Source: Nevskiales bacterium (lineage in GTDB: Bacteria; Pseudomonadota; Gammaproteobacteria; Nevskiales; CAJXLF01). From it: a stretch of 64,000 nucleotides of DNA. The notes beneath the pieces were generated by a model. It saw nothing but the letters and a program-made list of their open reading frames with translations, searched no databases and was not told the DNA's origin. Numbering within the stretch: position 1 is the first letter of the stretch; every line of letters starts with the position of its first letter. Where the stretch lies: the NCBI GenBank assembly GCA_041622995.1, contig JBFJXR010000001.1, forward strand, positions 10,933 through 74,932. The letters run 5' to 3'. Shown one piece after another: positions 9,607 through 21,091 of the stretch. Position numbers and translations under genes: made by a program.

Positions 9607-10640
9607 TGGCGCGACTCAGCTCACCGCATTTACCCGTGCAGGCCAGCGTCAGTGTTGTGATGCGCCGGGTCGTGATCGCCCTGATTCCGGGCATCGCAGT
9701 CATGACCTTTTTCTTCGGTGTGGGCGTATTGCTTAACATCGGCATTGCTGCTGTCACCGCCTTACTCGCCGAAAGCATTATGCTCAAATTGCGTGGTCGC
9801 GAACTCGGCCGCTTCCTGAGCGACTGGACAGCCGTGGTCACCGCTGTATTACTTGCGATTGGCCTGCCTCCGCTGGCCCCGTGGTGGCTGCCTGCCATGG
9901 GGGCATTCTTCGCACTGGTATTCGGCAAGCATCTCTATGGTGGCATGGGCTACAACCCATTTAATCCCGCCATGATTGGCTATGTAGTCCTGCTGATTGC
10001 CTTCCCGACGCAGATGACTTTATGGCCCACACCGCTGGGCGTAGGTGACGGCGTTGCCTCACCCTTGGCCGTGCTGACCTATGCCATCGGCAACGATCTG
10101 GCTGCCTTTGGCGGACTCGATGCCATGACCGGTGCCACACCACTGGATCATGTCAAAACCCAGTTGAGCCTGTCCCAAACCGTCGCGGAGGCCCAGGGTG
10201 GCAACATGTTTGGCCTGTTTGCCGGACAAGGATGGGAATGGCTGAATCTCGCATTTCTCGCGGGCGGTCTGTGGTTACTGACCAATCGCACGATTCGCTG
10301 GCAGATACCGGTCAGCGTACTGGGCAGTCTGGCTATTATTTCCACCCTGTTCTGGCTGGGTGACTCCGACCGCTTCGCTTCCCCGCTGTTTCACCTGACC
10401 AGCGGCGCAGCTATTGTTGGCGCCTTCTTCATAGCCACCGATCCGGTGACTGCCAGCACCACGCCCCGCGGGCGGTTGTATTACGGGGCCGGCATCGGTG
10501 TGCTGACTTATATCATTCGTAACTGGGGTGGTTACCCGGATGCCATTGCCTTTGCCGTGCTTCTTATGAACATGGCCGCACCCACCATTGATGAATACAC
10601 CCAGCCACGGGTTTATGGCCATGAAGGGCGTAAAGACTGA
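9606..10640 (+). CDS. rnfD: Rnf complex subunit D
   Basis: 344 aa polytopic protein of the NqrB/RnfD family (..GAFFIATDPVTASTTPRG..). Its start overlaps the rnfC stop (TGATG). Confidence 0.9.
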   Translation: MARLSSPHLPVQASVSVVMRRVVIALIPGIAVMTFFFGVGVLLNIGIAAVTALLAESIMLKLRGRELGRFLSDWTAVVTAVLLAIGLPPLAPWWLPAMGAFFALVFGKHLYGGMGYNPFNPAMIGYVVLLIAFPTQMTLWPTPLGVGDGVASPLAVLTYAIGNDLAAFGGLDAMTGATPLDHVKTQLSLSQTVAEAQGGNMFGLFAGQGWEWLNLAFLAGGLWLLTNRTIRWQIPVSVLGSLAIISTLFWLGDSDRFASPLFHLTSGAAIVGAFFIATDPVTASTTPRGRLYYGAGIGVLTYIIRNWGGYPDAIAFAVLLMNMAAPTIDEYTQPRVYGHEGRKD

Positions 10641-11302
10641 TGGCTGTGCAAAATGAAATCCTGCGCCAGATCTGGATCAGCTCCGCGATTCTGGCTGCGT
10701 TCGCTGTCGCTGGCAGCGCACTCCTGGGGGTCACCGAAGGCAGCACGCGTGAGCAGATCGCAGCCAATGAGCAGGCCTATCTCATCAAGAGCCTGAACCA
10801 GGTATTGCCCCCCTCACAGTTCGATAATGACCTGCTCAGCGACAGTATCGAAATTCAGGATACTGATGCGCTCGGCACTGAGGCGCCGGTGACAGTCTAC
10901 CGTGCCCGCAAACAGGGACAGGCGGTGGCCGCCCTATTTACTGTGGTCGCACCGGATGGCTACAGCGGAAATATTCGCCTGTTGGTCGGCGTGAACTTCA
11001 ACGGCAGTCTGGCTGGTGTTCGGGCAGTCAGTCATCGTGAAACACCCGGGCTGGGGGATGCCATAGAAGTCAGTCGTTCAGACTGGATTCTCGGCTTCGC
11101 CGGCCGGGCACTGGGGCAGCCACCTGTAGAACGATGGCGCGTCAAAAAGGATGGCGGTGACTTTGATCAGTTCACCGGCGCCACCATTACGCCCCGCGCG
11201 GTGCTGAAGGCTGTTAAAAAAGCCCTGATATACTTTGCCGCACATCGCGATGATCTCTTTGCCACCAGCGCCAAAGATCCACAGGAATCTGACAATGGCT
11301 AG
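10640..11302 (+). CDS. rnfG: Rnf complex subunit G (FMN-binding)
   Basis: 220 aa with an N-terminal TM anchor. The FMN-binding domain carries the [11 protein letters not shown] motif. Its start overlaps the rnfD stop. Confidence 0.85.
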   Translation: MAVQNEILRQIWISSAILAAFAVAGSALLGVTEGSTREQIAANEQAYLIKSLNQVLPPSQFDNDLLSDSIEIQDTDALGTEAPVTVYRARKQGQAVAALFTVVAPDGYSGNIRLLVGVNFNGSLAGVRAVSHRETPGLGDAIEVSRSDWILGFAGRALGQPPVERWRVKKDGGDFDQFTGATITPRAVLKAVKKALIYFAAHRDDLFATSAKDPQESDNG

Positions 11303-11981
11303 CTACTCGGATATCGCCCGCGACGGGCTTTGGAAGAACAACCCCGGCTTTGTACAGCTACTGGGGTTATGCCCGCTTCTGGCTGTCAGCAATAGTCTGG
11401 TAAATGCTCTGGGCCTGGGGCTGGCAACCATCTTTGTGCTGGTCACCTCCAATGTGATTATTTCTGCCATTCGTAACTGGGTACAACCGCAGGTACGTAT
11501 CCCGGTTTTTGTGATGGTGATTGCCGCCACCGTGACGGCCATAGAACTGATCATGCAGGCCGAGCTTTATGAGCTTTATAAAGTACTGGGGATTTTTATC
11601 CCGCTCATTACGACCAACTGCATCATCATGGGCCGTGCCGAGGCATTCGCGGCGAAAAATGACTTGCCCAAGGCATTGGCAGACGGGCTCGCGCAGGGAC
11701 TGGGATTCAGTTTTGCACTGGTATTACTAGGAGCCATGCGCGAGGTTCTGGGCCAGGGCACACTATTGCGGGATGCACACCTGCTGTTCGGCGAGCAGGC
11801 ACGTGACTGGACGATCACCCTCGTACATAACTATGACGGCTTCCTGCTGGCAGTTCTGCCACCGGGCGCTTTCCTTGGGCTGGGACTACTAATAGCACTG
11901 AAAAACGTAATTGACCGCCGACTTGCCCAGCCGAAAGCACAGCCAATCAGCACAACTGATACTGCTGAAAGTACTGCGTGA
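11295..11981 (+). CDS. rnfE: Rnf complex subunit E
   Basis: I chose the ATG at 11295 ([32 protein letters not shown]..), which matches RnfE N-termini and overlaps the rnfG stop by 8 nt. The track start at 11235 would overlap rnfG by 68 nt. Confidence 0.88.
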   Translation: MASYSDIARDGLWKNNPGFVQLLGLCPLLAVSNSLVNALGLGLATIFVLVTSNVIISAIRNWVQPQVRIPVFVMVIAATVTAIELIMQAELYELYKVLGIFIPLITTNCIIMGRAEAFAAKNDLPKALADGLAQGLGFSFALVLLGAMREVLGQGTLLRDAHLLFGEQARDWTITLVHNYDGFLLAVLPPGAFLGLGLLIALKNVIDRRLAQPKAQPISTTDTAESTA

Positions 11982-12610
11982 ACAAGGAAAAACGCAGCGA
12001 AATATTTCGTCGCCTGCGTGCTGAGAACCCCACCCCGACCACCGAGCTCAATTACAGCAGCCCTTTTGAATTGCTGGTTGCCGTGACGCTTTCCGCGCAG
12101 GCCACCGATGTCGGGGTGAACAAGGCCACAGACAAACTCTTCCCTGTAGCCAATACGCCCGAAGCCATTTTCGCTCTGGGCGAAGACGGCCTGAAGAAGT
12201 ACATCAAGACAATTGGCCTGTTTAACAGCAAGGCCGCCAATGTCATCAAAGCCTGCAAGATACTGATCGAGGAGCATGGCAGCGTTGTCCCACAGGATCG
12301 AGAGGCACTTGAGAAGCTACCCGGCGTCGGACGTAAAACTGCCAACGTGATTCTCAATACTGCATTCGGTCAACCTACCATTGCGGTAGACACACACATC
12401 TTTCGTGTTTCCAATCGTACTGGCATTGCCCCTGGAAAAAACGTACGCCAGGTTGAAGACAAACTGATCAAATTCATCCCCGATGAATTTAAACTGGACG
12501 CTCACCACTGGCTGATTTTACATGGACGCTATGTCTGCAAGGCACGTAAACCTGCCTGCGGCGCTTGCGTCATTTATGATCTTTGTGAATATAAACAAAA
12601 GACCGAGTAG
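11978..12610 (+). CDS. nth: endonuclease III
   Basis: 210 aa with a GTG start. It has the HhH-GPD motif ([13 protein letters not shown]) and a C-terminal 4Fe-4S loop ([17 protein letters not shown]). It follows rnfE, as in E. coli. Confidence 0.95.
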   Translation: MNKEKRSEIFRRLRAENPTPTTELNYSSPFELLVAVTLSAQATDVGVNKATDKLFPVANTPEAIFALGEDGLKKYIKTIGLFNSKAANVIKACKILIEEHGSVVPQDREALEKLPGVGRKTANVILNTAFGQPTIAVDTHIFRVSNRTGIAPGKNVRQVEDKLIKFIPDEFKLDAHHWLILHGRYVCKARKPACGACVIYDLCEYKQKTE

Positions 12611-12650
12611 TATTCGCAAAACCAAAACACACTGACTGGCCCGTATCACC

Positions 12651-13226
12651 ATGAAAAAATTACTCGCCGCATTTCTACTGCTGACTGTTACATCCCAGGC
12701 TTATACTGCTGATCCTGTAAAAGTATTAATGCAAACGTCCGCAGGAGATATCACGCTCTCGCTGAATGCCGAGAAAGCCCCGGTAACTGTTGAAAACTTT
12801 CTTCAGTACGTCACTGACGGGCATTACAACGGACTGGTTTTCCACCGTGTCATATCCGGCTTCATGATTCAGGGTGGTGGCTATGACAAAAACTACCAAC
12901 AACGAACAACCCGCGCCCCTATTCAGAATGAGGCCAGGAACGGGTTAAAAAACAAGCGTGGCAGCATCTCCATGGCACGCACTTCGGCGCCCCACTCTGC
13001 GAGCTCTCAGTTTTTTATAAATCACCGTGACAACAACAATCTGGATCACCCCAGTTTTGATGGCTGGGGTTATGCCGTATTTGGTGAGGTCACGGAGGGC
13101 ATGGATATTGTCGACGCCATTGCCAGCACCAAAACAGGCGCCATCGCCCCCTTCGGGCGCGACGTACCGATTAATCAAGTTGTGATTAATAAAGTAATCG
13201 TGCTGGAAGGCGAAAAAACACCCTAA
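12651..13226 (+). CDS. ppiA: periplasmic peptidyl-prolyl cis-trans isomerase (cyclophilin type)
   Basis: 191 aa with a signal peptide (..TSQAYT). The cyclophilin core reads FHRVISGFMIQGGG..SMAR..SASSQFFIN. Confidence 0.9.
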   Translation: MKKLLAAFLLLTVTSQAYTADPVKVLMQTSAGDITLSLNAEKAPVTVENFLQYVTDGHYNGLVFHRVISGFMIQGGGYDKNYQQRTTRAPIQNEARNGLKNKRGSISMARTSAPHSASSQFFINHRDNNNLDHPSFDGWGYAVFGEVTEGMDIVDAIASTKTGAIAPFGRDVPINQVVINKVIVLEGEKTP

Positions 13227-13744
13227 AGACAGACTGGTGAGGATGGGCAGGGCTGCTCATTGTCATTAGTGTCGCCTTTGCTTAATTCCCCATTTTCGGG
13301 ACTGAGTCCCTCGTCAAACGCATCATCCAGTTCATCTTCAAGTTGTTCTGCTGCCAGATACACTGCGCCTGCGAATATTCCGAGCCCAATCGCCCACTTC
13401 TGACCGGTACTTAATCCGGTTTTTTCTGTAGCACTTTCGTCCAACGGCAGGCCCGCAACGGACCAAACAATCGCCTGCTGGCTGGATGAATAACCGATCC
13501 GCAACAGGTCGATTAAGCGTTGACGACCAATTGCATCATCACGGCCAGAATCAATCCATCCAGCCGACAATACAAGCGCATTTTGAGTGGACTTTCCGCC
13601 AAAGTAATAGCTCATCCCAAATCCGGGAACGAACTCAACTTCTTGAGATGCCTGCGCAGGCATCAGCACTGTTGATATCAATAAAAATAAAAAAATATGG
13701 ATAGGGAAACGCGAACGCGCCAAACGGGAAAGTGTAATTTGCAT
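13223..13744 (-). CDS. hypothetical secreted protein
   Basis: The ATG at 13744 gives a signal peptide (MQITLSRLARSRFPIHIFLFLLISTVLMPAQA/SQ). The C-terminus is acidic. I recognise no family. Its stop overlaps the ppiA stop (convergent, CTAA). Confidence 0.45.
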   Translation of the reverse strand: MQITLSRLARSRFPIHIFLFLLISTVLMPAQASQEVEFVPGFGMSYYFGGKSTQNALVLSAGWIDSGRDDAIGRQRLIDLLRIGYSSSQQAIVWSVAGLPLDESATEKTGLSTGQKWAIGLGIFAGAVYLAAEQLEDELDDAFDEGLSPENGELSKGDTNDNEQPCPSSPVCL

Positions 13745-14042
13745 GAAGGCCTCTGTAATTTTAATGATTATCAATTAGTTAACTAAACCTTCCACCAGAA
13801 CAGCCTGATAGAAGCAGAAAGCTTAGCCAGCTGATATCCGCTCCGTCAAAAGCTCAAGATGCGATTTTTTGGCGCAATTCCGCGCTGCACCCTGTTGTTT
13901 CAAAGCAGAATCACAGCACTAGCCTCAAAGCACTCAGGCGTATAACAGCCCTTACGCTAGTCTCAGGCCCTTAAGCACAGTAGACTTCCGCTTTTATTTT
14001 TTACGCGTTTCTACATTTTTCTGACTTCTTAGGGCTCTTTGC

Positions 14043-15695
14043 ATGGACTTCCGCGCCGAACTCGAACAACGTCTGGGTCTCACGACCATCGATTTTCATA
14101 ACAACCTCAGCCCTGAACAGCTGTTTCACGAAGCCATCGAACATGATCGTGGTCGTGTAGCTATTGATGGCCCGATGGATGCCCAGAAAGCTTTTCCAAC
14201 CAAGCTCGGCATCAACGGCCCGCTGATGTTTTACACAGACCCGACCTGTACTGGTCGTCCTGTGCAGGACACCTTTGCTGTGGCCCACCCTGAATTTGAA
14301 GACAAACTCTGGTGGAAAAACGATTTCAAGAAGTTTGATCCTGCCAAATTTGAAGCGCTTCTGGCACGAGTAGCCGCACATTTAAACGAAAAAAATGCCC
14401 GTATGTACGTTAAAGACGTATATTGCGGCTGGGACAGTGCCTACTCGGTTCCCTATCGATTTGTAGGTGAGTACGCCACGCATTCCCTGTTTGTGCACAA
14501 TATGTTCGCGCACGACATCGCCGGCGTTGAGAACGAAGACGGTAAACGCTGGACGACACTGAATGCCCCAACCTTCTTCTGTGATCCCGAACGCGACGGC
14601 ACGCTGTCACATCGCTGCGTAATCATGGATCTTAAGAACCGTATCGCACTTGTGACGGGTGGCGCGGATTACTGTGGCATTAACAAGAAAGCCATGTTCA
14701 CTGTCATGAACTACCAGTTACCGGAATTGGGCGAAATGTCCATGCACGCCTCTGCCAATGTCGGCGCGCGCGGCGACTGTGCAATTCTGTTCGGCCTTTC
14801 CGGCACTGGAAAGACCACCCTTTCAGCTGACCCTGATCGCCAGCTCATTGGTGATGACGAACATGCCTGGACCAAGGATGGCGTATCCAACTTTGAAGGT
14901 GGCTGCTATGCCAAGCTCATCGACCTGAACAAGGACGCCGAACCAGTAATTGCTGCCGCATTATCCATGCCTGGCACGCTGATCGAGAACGTCCCGCCCA
15001 TCCCCGGCAAGGCGATTGAAGAAACTGATCCCCAGGAATTCGATCTTAGCGACGACTCCATTACGGAAAATACACGCTTCTCGTACACACTGGCCTGCAA
15101 CCCCAATGTTGCCGAGGGTGCCCGGGGCCCGCATCCGGAAACCATCGTGCTGCTGACTGCCGATGCTTTCGGCGTATTGCCACCTATTTCCATCCTCGAT
15201 ACCAAGGATGTGATGTATCACTTCGTCTCCGGCTTCACAGCGAAACTTGCCGGTACCGAAGTAGGCATTACCGAACCACAGGCTGCATTCTCTGCCTGCT
15301 TTGGCGCGCCGTTCATGGCCCAGAAGCCATCGGTTTATGCCAACCTGCTGGCAGAAAAAATGAGCCAGCACAAAGCCCGAGCAGTGCTACTGAATACCGG
15401 CTGGTCCGGAGGCGCATACGGTGAAGGTAACCGTATATCGATTGCGCATACCCGTGCCCTGCTGAATGCAGCATTGAATGGTGATCTCGATAACATAGAA
15501 ACTGAAGACCATCCGGTTTTCGGCCTGAAAATGCCGACTTCATGCCCCGGTGTGCCAAGCGAAATTCTCAACCCTCGCAATACATGGGAAGACAAGGCCG
15601 CTTACGATGCACAGGCTGAGAAGCTTCGGGACATGTTCCGCCAGAATTTTGATGCGAAAGGTTTTGGGTCTCTTGGAATTGAACCCATCATGTAA
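14043..15695 (+). CDS. pckA: phosphoenolpyruvate carboxykinase (ATP)
   Basis: 550 aa. It has the kinase-1a motif LFGLSGTGKTTLS and IGDDEHAW, which are ATP-type PEPCK blocks. Confidence 0.9.
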   Translation: MDFRAELEQRLGLTTIDFHNNLSPEQLFHEAIEHDRGRVAIDGPMDAQKAFPTKLGINGPLMFYTDPTCTGRPVQDTFAVAHPEFEDKLWWKNDFKKFDPAKFEALLARVAAHLNEKNARMYVKDVYCGWDSAYSVPYRFVGEYATHSLFVHNMFAHDIAGVENEDGKRWTTLNAPTFFCDPERDGTLSHRCVIMDLKNRIALVTGGADYCGINKKAMFTVMNYQLPELGEMSMHASANVGARGDCAILFGLSGTGKTTLSADPDRQLIGDDEHAWTKDGVSNFEGGCYAKLIDLNKDAEPVIAAALSMPGTLIENVPPIPGKAIEETDPQEFDLSDDSITENTRFSYTLACNPNVAEGARGPHPETIVLLTADAFGVLPPISILDTKDVMYHFVSGFTAKLAGTEVGITEPQAAFSACFGAPFMAQKPSVYANLLAEKMSQHKARAVLLNTGWSGGAYGEGNRISIAHTRALLNAALNGDLDNIETEDHPVFGLKMPTSCPGVPSEILNPRNTWEDKAAYDAQAEKLRDMFRQNFDAKGFGSLGIEPIM

Positions 15696-15710
15696 GTCTT
15701 CTGCATGGTT

Positions 15711-15740
15711 AAAAAAGGGCTTCTTCGGAAGCCTTTTTTA
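15711..15740 (+). terminator. rho-independent terminator after pckA
   Basis: The sequence is aaaaaa-gggcttc-ttcg-gaagcc-ttttttat: a GC stem with a UUCG tetraloop followed by a T-run. Confidence 0.8.
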
Positions 15741-15819
15741 TGTCTGGATGCATCAACAACTGTATATATATGAACTATACTCAGAACCAATATCAAACCA
15801 ACAACAGTGGAGCGACCTT

Positions 15820-16584
15820 ATGAGTATCAGGGTCGAAAAAGCAGAGGGCCTTGCAACCGTTATCATTGATCGGCCAGAAGTCTGCAATGCGGTCGACAGA
15901 CCAACTGCGGATGCACTTCGTAAAGCATTCGAAGATTTCGAGCAGGATAGTCAGGCCAAGGCAGCTGTACTATATGGCGATCACGGAAATTTCTGCGCCG
16001 GCGCCGATATGAAAGCCATTGCCAGCGGCGATAAAGACCGCATGAATCACGTTAAATTGGGCGCCATTGGCCCAATGGGACCTACTCGCATCACGCTGAG
16101 CAAGCCGGTCATTGCCGCGATTGCAGGCACCTGTGTTGCCGGCGGGTTGGAACTCGCGCTCTGGTGTGACCTGAGGGTCGCCGAAGAGGATGCCATATTC
16201 GGTGTCCACTGCAGAAAATGGGGGGTACCGCTGTTTGATGGTGGCACTGTTCGATTACCCCGCATCATCGGTCAGGGGCGTGCACTCGATATGATATTGA
16301 CGGGCAGGACTGTTACGGCAGATGAGGCCTTGCAGATAGGACTGGCGACACGCGTCGTCCCCAACGGAACATCCAGACAGGCTGCTGAGTCATTAGCTCG
16401 CGAAATAGCCGAATTTCCGCAAACCTGCCTGCGCGAAGACCGCATGAGCAGCTATGAACAACTCGGCATGGGCATTGATGCGGCCCTGTTCAATGAACAC
16501 GAGCATGGATTGCAGACACTGGAAAGTGGTGAAACCCGGGATGGGGCGATGCGATTCAACCAGAAAAGTAATGGCCACTTTTAA
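15820..16584 (+). CDS. enoyl-CoA hydratase/isomerase (crotonase) family protein
   Basis: The ATG at 15820 (MSIRVEKAEGLATVIIDRPEVCNAV) lies after the pckA terminator. Crotonase motifs are present: FCAGADMK and IAAIAGTCVAGGLELALWCD. Confidence 0.8.
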   Translation: MSIRVEKAEGLATVIIDRPEVCNAVDRPTADALRKAFEDFEQDSQAKAAVLYGDHGNFCAGADMKAIASGDKDRMNHVKLGAIGPMGPTRITLSKPVIAAIAGTCVAGGLELALWCDLRVAEEDAIFGVHCRKWGVPLFDGGTVRLPRIIGQGRALDMILTGRTVTADEALQIGLATRVVPNGTSRQAAESLAREIAEFPQTCLREDRMSSYEQLGMGIDAALFNEHEHGLQTLESGETRDGAMRFNQKSNGHF

Positions 16585-17651
16585 TTCAGCGAATAACCAT
16601 TACCTTCAAGCCATTCATTAAGCCACGACTGACGCTCGTCACGCGGCATATACGCACCGCGCTGACACTCTGCATAAAAGGCATCGAGGTTATTTCCGCT
16701 GGCATCCAGAATATTCACAAACGCGGGCACCCAGCGATGATATGTAGACACTGCTGAAACCCTGGCGTTATTTACCCCGGCGAACCATTCATCGTAACCG
16801 GCATACCCCCCCCACCGCGCAGACTTTATTTGTGCATACCTGGCTTGCATATCGGCCAGAATTTCCTGTTTGGCCGCCCGCACTGCCCCTGCATCTGCCT
16901 GAACCGCATACAATTTCCTAAGACGGTCGGCCGTACCTGAAACAAGTTGCAGGAAATCCTGCTTGCGACTTTCCTGCACTTCCCATTCTTTCAGTGTTTC
17001 TGAATCACCATGCTGTACGTACCATCTCTGCACACCAATCTCGCCCACAGCCGTTGCAAACGCTTCGTTAAACGCACTGTCATCATCCACATACAGCTTT
17101 TGATGGCCAAGCTCGTGAAACAGCACAGACGCCAGGCGGGGCTCTGACCAGCGCAACATCGTGTTGAGTACCGGATCCGCAAACCAGCCCAATGTGGAAT
17201 AGGCCGCGACGCCACCGACATGTACATCATGCCCAAGTGCCTTGAGGCGTGCAGCCTCTTTCTCGGCATCTGCCTTGTCGAAATATCCGCGATAGTTCAA
17301 GCAGCCTACCAGCGGGAAACAGGAAGTTACCGGCTCGAGTGAAAACTCGGGTGTTGCGAATACATTCCAGACAACATGTGAACGCTCCAGATCGGCATAG
17401 TCCAGGTAACTACCGTTATCGGGCAACTTGAGTTCACGGATTGCGAACTCACGCATTGCCAGTACCTGTTGCAGGCGTGCGCGCAAATCCTCGTCAGTTT
17501 CCTCGTCTGCCAGCCAGTCACTGATGGCACGACTCCGAAACATGACATCGATATGTCCGAATGCACTCTGACTGTAGTAGCCCAAAACAGCACAGCCGCC
17601 CAGGGTATGGGCGGCTGTGATGATCATCAGGACGGTCAGAAACCGTCTCAT
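16581..17651 (-). CDS. putative zinc aminopeptidase lipoprotein (DUF2265/Aminopep family)
   Basis: 356 aa with a lipobox (TLGGC) and an HExxH motif (FHELGHQ). The overall pattern matches proteins annotated as putative aminopeptidase. Confidence 0.65.
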   Translation of the reverse strand: MRRFLTVLMIITAAHTLGGCAVLGYYSQSAFGHIDVMFRSRAISDWLADEETDEDLRARLQQVLAMREFAIRELKLPDNGSYLDYADLERSHVVWNVFATPEFSLEPVTSCFPLVGCLNYRGYFDKADAEKEAARLKALGHDVHVGGVAAYSTLGWFADPVLNTMLRWSEPRLASVLFHELGHQKLYVDDDSAFNEAFATAVGEIGVQRWYVQHGDSETLKEWEVQESRKQDFLQLVSGTADRLRKLYAVQADAGAVRAAKQEILADMQARYAQIKSARWGGYAGYDEWFAGVNNARVSAVSTYHRWVPAFVNILDASGNNLDAFYAECQRGAYMPRDERQSWLNEWLEGNGYSLN

Positions 17652-17680
17652 AAGCCTAAAGTGCTTGAATCAGACCCGGC

Positions 17681-18433
17681 TTATTCTGCCTTGGCTTCTT
17701 CAGCGGGGGCTTCAGCAGCTGCTTCACCCTTGCCTTCAATACTTAGCAGTTCGATATCAAATACCAGTGTGGCATTCGGACCGATCTTCTGTCCTGCGCC
17801 GCTGGCACCGTATCCGAGTTCTGGCGGAATGACTACGCGGTACTTACCACCCACGTTCATTAATTGCAGACCTTCTGTCCAGCCTTTGATCACGCCATTT
17901 AGCGGGAATGTCGCAGGCTGACCGCGATCCACGGAGCTATCAAACTTGGTGCCATCAACCAGAGTACCCGTGTAGTGCACAGTTACGCGGTCATCAACAC
18001 CTGGCTTGTCGCCTTCAGCAGCCTGTACGGTTTCAATCTGCAAACCGCTCTCAGTGGTTGTTACACCTTCTCTGGCCGCATTTTCCTTAAGGAATTTTTC
18101 ACCGTTGGTCAGATTGTCAGCAGCTGCAGATTGGCGTTGTTCAAGCTGGGCAGCCTGTGCTTTCTGGGTAAATTCCTGAAGCACTGCGCGGCCTTCTTCT
18201 GCTGTCAGCAGAGTCTCTCCACCTGCATTCGCATCACGCAAACCCTGCACAAGGTAATCAAGCTCGACCTGCATTGGCATGCTGGCTAATGAATTACCAA
18301 TATCCTGACCCAGTGCGTAGCTGTACTTATCTTCAAAGCTATCCAGGCTAGTTACCTGCTTCTGCCCCTCATTACTGCCGCAGGCAGCAACAACTGCCAC
18401 AGCTGGCACAAGCATTAAAAAACGTTTCTTCAT
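17681..18433 (-). CDS. FKBP-type peptidyl-prolyl isomerase lipoprotein (FkpA/FklB-like)
   Basis: The ATG at 18433 gives MKKRFLMLVPAVAVVAACGS (lipobox). It has an FKBP_N helical domain plus an FKBP core (VTVHYTGTLVDGTKFDSS..GWTEGLQLM..LVFDIELL). Confidence 0.85.
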   Translation of the reverse strand: MKKRFLMLVPAVAVVAACGSNEGQKQVTSLDSFEDKYSYALGQDIGNSLASMPMQVELDYLVQGLRDANAGGETLLTAEEGRAVLQEFTQKAQAAQLEQRQSAAADNLTNGEKFLKENAAREGVTTTESGLQIETVQAAEGDKPGVDDRVTVHYTGTLVDGTKFDSSVDRGQPATFPLNGVIKGWTEGLQLMNVGGKYRVVIPPELGYGASGAGQKIGPNATLVFDIELLSIEGKGEAAAEAPAEEAKAE

Positions 18434-18497
18434 GTTTGAGTCCTTCTCAATATTTGGAGTAAACCGGCTCCTCGCGACCGGCAAGTGTACAACACAC

Positions 18498-18719
18498 TCA
18501 ATAATGTGGGGGCGGTGTTTCCGCTGAGGCTGGCGCCAAAGACGAATCATCCACCGATTGCACAAGTTCATTGAGACGTGTCTTAAGCAACTTTAGTTCC
18601 GCCTGCATGGATAATAATTGATGATCCTGCGAGGCAATGGTGTCATTGAGCACGCGAATCGTCTCATCCTGAAAAGCCACCCGGCTTTCCAGTTCATCCA
18701 GTCGTTCATCTGCATTCAT
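18498..18719 (-). CDS. slyX: SlyX family protein
   Basis: 73 aa coiled-coil protein. MNADERLDELESRVAFQDETIRVLNDTI.. matches the SlyX pattern. It lies next to an FKBP gene, comparable to slyX-slyD in E. coli. Confidence 0.8.
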   Translation of the reverse strand: MNADERLDELESRVAFQDETIRVLNDTIASQDHQLLSMQAELKLLKTRLNELVQSVDDSSLAPASAETPPPHY

Positions 18720-18731
18720 GGCTATATCAGC

Positions 18732-19937
18732 CTAGCGACGACTGGCTGACATCTTCAGGCGCAGCGCGTTCAATTTGATAAAGCCATCTGCATCGGCCTG
18801 ATTATATGCACCTGCGTCGTCCTCGAAAGTTGCTATCGAGGCATCAAACAGGCTGTCAGACGCAGACTTGCGACCAACCACTGTTACATTGCCTTTATAG
18901 AGCTGCAGACGCACTTCGCCATTCACAGGCTTTTGAGATTCATCGATCAATGTTTGCAGCGCTTCCCGTTCGGGACTCCACCAATAGCCGTTATAGACCA
19001 TAGATGCATATTTGGGCATAAGCTCATCCTTAAGATGCGCCAATTCCCGGTCCATAGTGATCGATTCAATTGCCCGATGCGCTTTGAGCAGGATTGTGCC
19101 ACCCGGCGTTTCATAACAGCCGCGTGATTTAATTCCGACATAGCGGTTTTCGACAATATCCAGCCGCCCGACACCATGCTGACCACCAATTTCGTTCAGT
19201 TTTGCCAGCACCTGATAGGGGGATATTCTCTCACCGTCTACTGCAACTACATCCCCTTTTTCATAGGTGAGCTCAATATATTGCGCCTTGTCGGGCGCAG
19301 TTTTTGGTGCTTCTGTCCACCGCCACATATCGTCTTCTGGCTCGCACCAAGGGTCTTCAAGGACACCTCCCTCATAGGAAATATGCAGCGCATTGGCATC
19401 CATCGAATACGGACTTTTCTTGCCCTGCTTCTGGATCTCGATGCCATGCTCTGCGGCATAGGCCAGAAGCTTCTCGCGGGAATTCAGATCCCACTCACGC
19501 CAGGGCGCGATCACATGAATGCCCGGCTTGAGTGCGTAAGCACCGAGCTCGAATCGCACCTGATCGTTGCCCTTGCCGGTTGCGCCATGAGATACCGCGT
19601 CTGCACCAGTTTCGTTGGCAATTTCAACCAGACGTTTGGCAATCAATGGCCGCGCGATAGATGTACCGAGCAGATACTCCCCTTCATAAATGGCATTGGC
19701 CCGGAACATGGGAAATACGTAGTCGCGCACAAACTCTTCACGCAGGTCATCAATATAAATTTCTTTGACACCAAGCGCCTCGGCTTTTGGCCGCACATGG
19801 TCAAGTTCTTCACCCTGGCCAATATCGGCAGTAAAGGTCACCACCTCACAGGCATAAACGTCCTGCAGCCACTTGAGAATGACTGAAGTATCCAGGCCAC
19901 CTGAATAGGCGAGCACGACTTTTTTAATGTCTGACAT
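18732..19937 (-). CDS. argG: argininosuccinate synthase
   Basis: The ATG at 19937 gives [18 protein letters not shown] (PP-loop). About 401 aa, with type I ArgG blocks throughout. Confidence 0.95.
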   Translation of the reverse strand: MSDIKKVVLAYSGGLDTSVILKWLQDVYACEVVTFTADIGQGEELDHVRPKAEALGVKEIYIDDLREEFVRDYVFPMFRANAIYEGEYLLGTSIARPLIAKRLVEIANETGADAVSHGATGKGNDQVRFELGAYALKPGIHVIAPWREWDLNSREKLLAYAAEHGIEIQKQGKKSPYSMDANALHISYEGGVLEDPWCEPEDDMWRWTEAPKTAPDKAQYIELTYEKGDVVAVDGERISPYQVLAKLNEIGGQHGVGRLDIVENRYVGIKSRGCYETPGGTILLKAHRAIESITMDRELAHLKDELMPKYASMVYNGYWWSPEREALQTLIDESQKPVNGEVRLQLYKGNVTVVGRKSASDSLFDASIATFEDDAGAYNQADADGFIKLNALRLKMSASRR

Positions 19938-20050
19938 ATCTAAAACGCTGGTATTTATGAGCTTAAGGAGCAATGACGAAATTCAACATCACTCAGATCA
20001 GTAAGGATTTACAAGGGTGCATAGTATACGGCATGGCATAATGGCCGCCT

Positions 20051-21091
20051 ATGGAAAAACTTACCCTTACTCGTCCGGATGACTGGCATCTGCATGTTCG
20101 CGATGGTGCCCCAATGGCGGCTGTCGTGCCTTATACCGCACGCCAATTTGCCCGCGCAATCATCATGCCCAACCTCAAGCCTCCGGTTACGACCACAGAT
20201 CAGGCGCTGGCATACCGACAGCGCATTATTGAGGCCGTACCCTCTGACATTAAATTTGAACCCCTGATGTCGCTATACCTCACTGATAACACTCTGCCCG
20301 AAGAAATAGATCGCGCCAAAGACAGCGGTCAGGTATTCGGCGTTAAACTTTATCCGGCTGGTGCCACTACCAATTCCGATGCCGGCGTTACCGACCTGCA
20401 ACGCTGTTATCCGGTACTGGAACGCATGGCGGAACTCGGCATGGTATTTCAGGTGCACGGTGAAATGACAGGACCCGAAGTCGACCCATTCGACCGCGAA
20501 GCCGAATTCATTGATCAAGTGCTTGCACCTCTGGTGAATGAATTTCCGGACCTTAAAATCGTACTTGAGCACATCACAACATCACAGGCAGTCGACTATG
20601 TAACTCAGGCGAGCAATCGGGTGGCAGCAACCATCACACCCCAGCATTGCCTGATGAACAGAGGTGATATTTTCAACGGTGGCATTCGTCCTCACCATTA
20701 TTGCCTGCCCATCCTGAAGCGCGAACAACACCGGACCGCTGTGCTAAGTGCAGCCACCAGTGGCAATCCCAAATTCTTTCTGGGCACGGACAGCGCCCCA
20801 CATGCAAAGGGAGCCAAGGAAAGCGCCTGCGGCTGTGCCGGCTGCTTCTCGGCACCGGCCGCACTCGAGCTTTACGCGACGGCCTTTGAAAGCGTGAATG
20901 CGTTGGACAAACTCGAAGATTTTGCCAGTCACTTTGGCGCCGACTTCTATGGCCTGCCTCGTAATGACACACAGATCACACTCAATCGTTCCACATGGAC
21001 TGTCCCTGATGAATATTCCTATCCAGACGGGAATATCGTTCCCCTGTTTGCCGGCCAATCACTCGCATGGCAACTGGAGAACAGTGCATGA
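20051..21091 (+). CDS. pyrC: dihydroorotase (class II)
   Basis: 346 aa. The [10 protein letters not shown] metal-binding motif and the length match E. coli-type PyrC. Confidence 0.95.
   Translation: MEKLTLTRPDDWHLHVRDGAPMAAVVPYTARQFARAIIMPNLKPPVTTTDQALAYRQRIIEAVPSDIKFEPLMSLYLTDNTLPEEIDRAKDSGQVFGVKLYPAGATTNSDAGVTDLQRCYPVLERMAELGMVFQVHGEMTGPEVDPFDREAEFIDQVLAPLVNEFPDLKIVLEHITTSQAVDYVTQASNRVAATITPQHCLMNRGDIFNGGIRPHHYCLPILKREQHRTAVLSAATSGNPKFFLGTDSAPHAKGAKESACGCAGCFSAPAALELYATAFESVNALDKLEDFASHFGADFYGLPRNDTQITLNRSTWTVPDEYSYPDGNIVPLFAGQSLAWQLENSA

Noticed and set aside
8896-9928. 203-aa, 215-aa and 73-aa ORFs antisense to the RnfC tail and the rnfD start
   Set aside because: They are low-complexity reverse translations of the GCN/AAR-rich repeat region. 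Their open frames are a by-product of the repeat codon composition.
15550-15819. The 5' extension of the crotonase ORF (the track starts at 15550)
   Set aside because: The extension overlaps the pckA 3' end and reads through the pckA terminator. The ATG at 15820 gives a typical crotonase N-terminus.
19176-19886. 236-aa ORF antisense to argG
   Set aside because: It is entirely nested opposite a canonical argG. It has no recognisable domain and looks like a shadow ORF.
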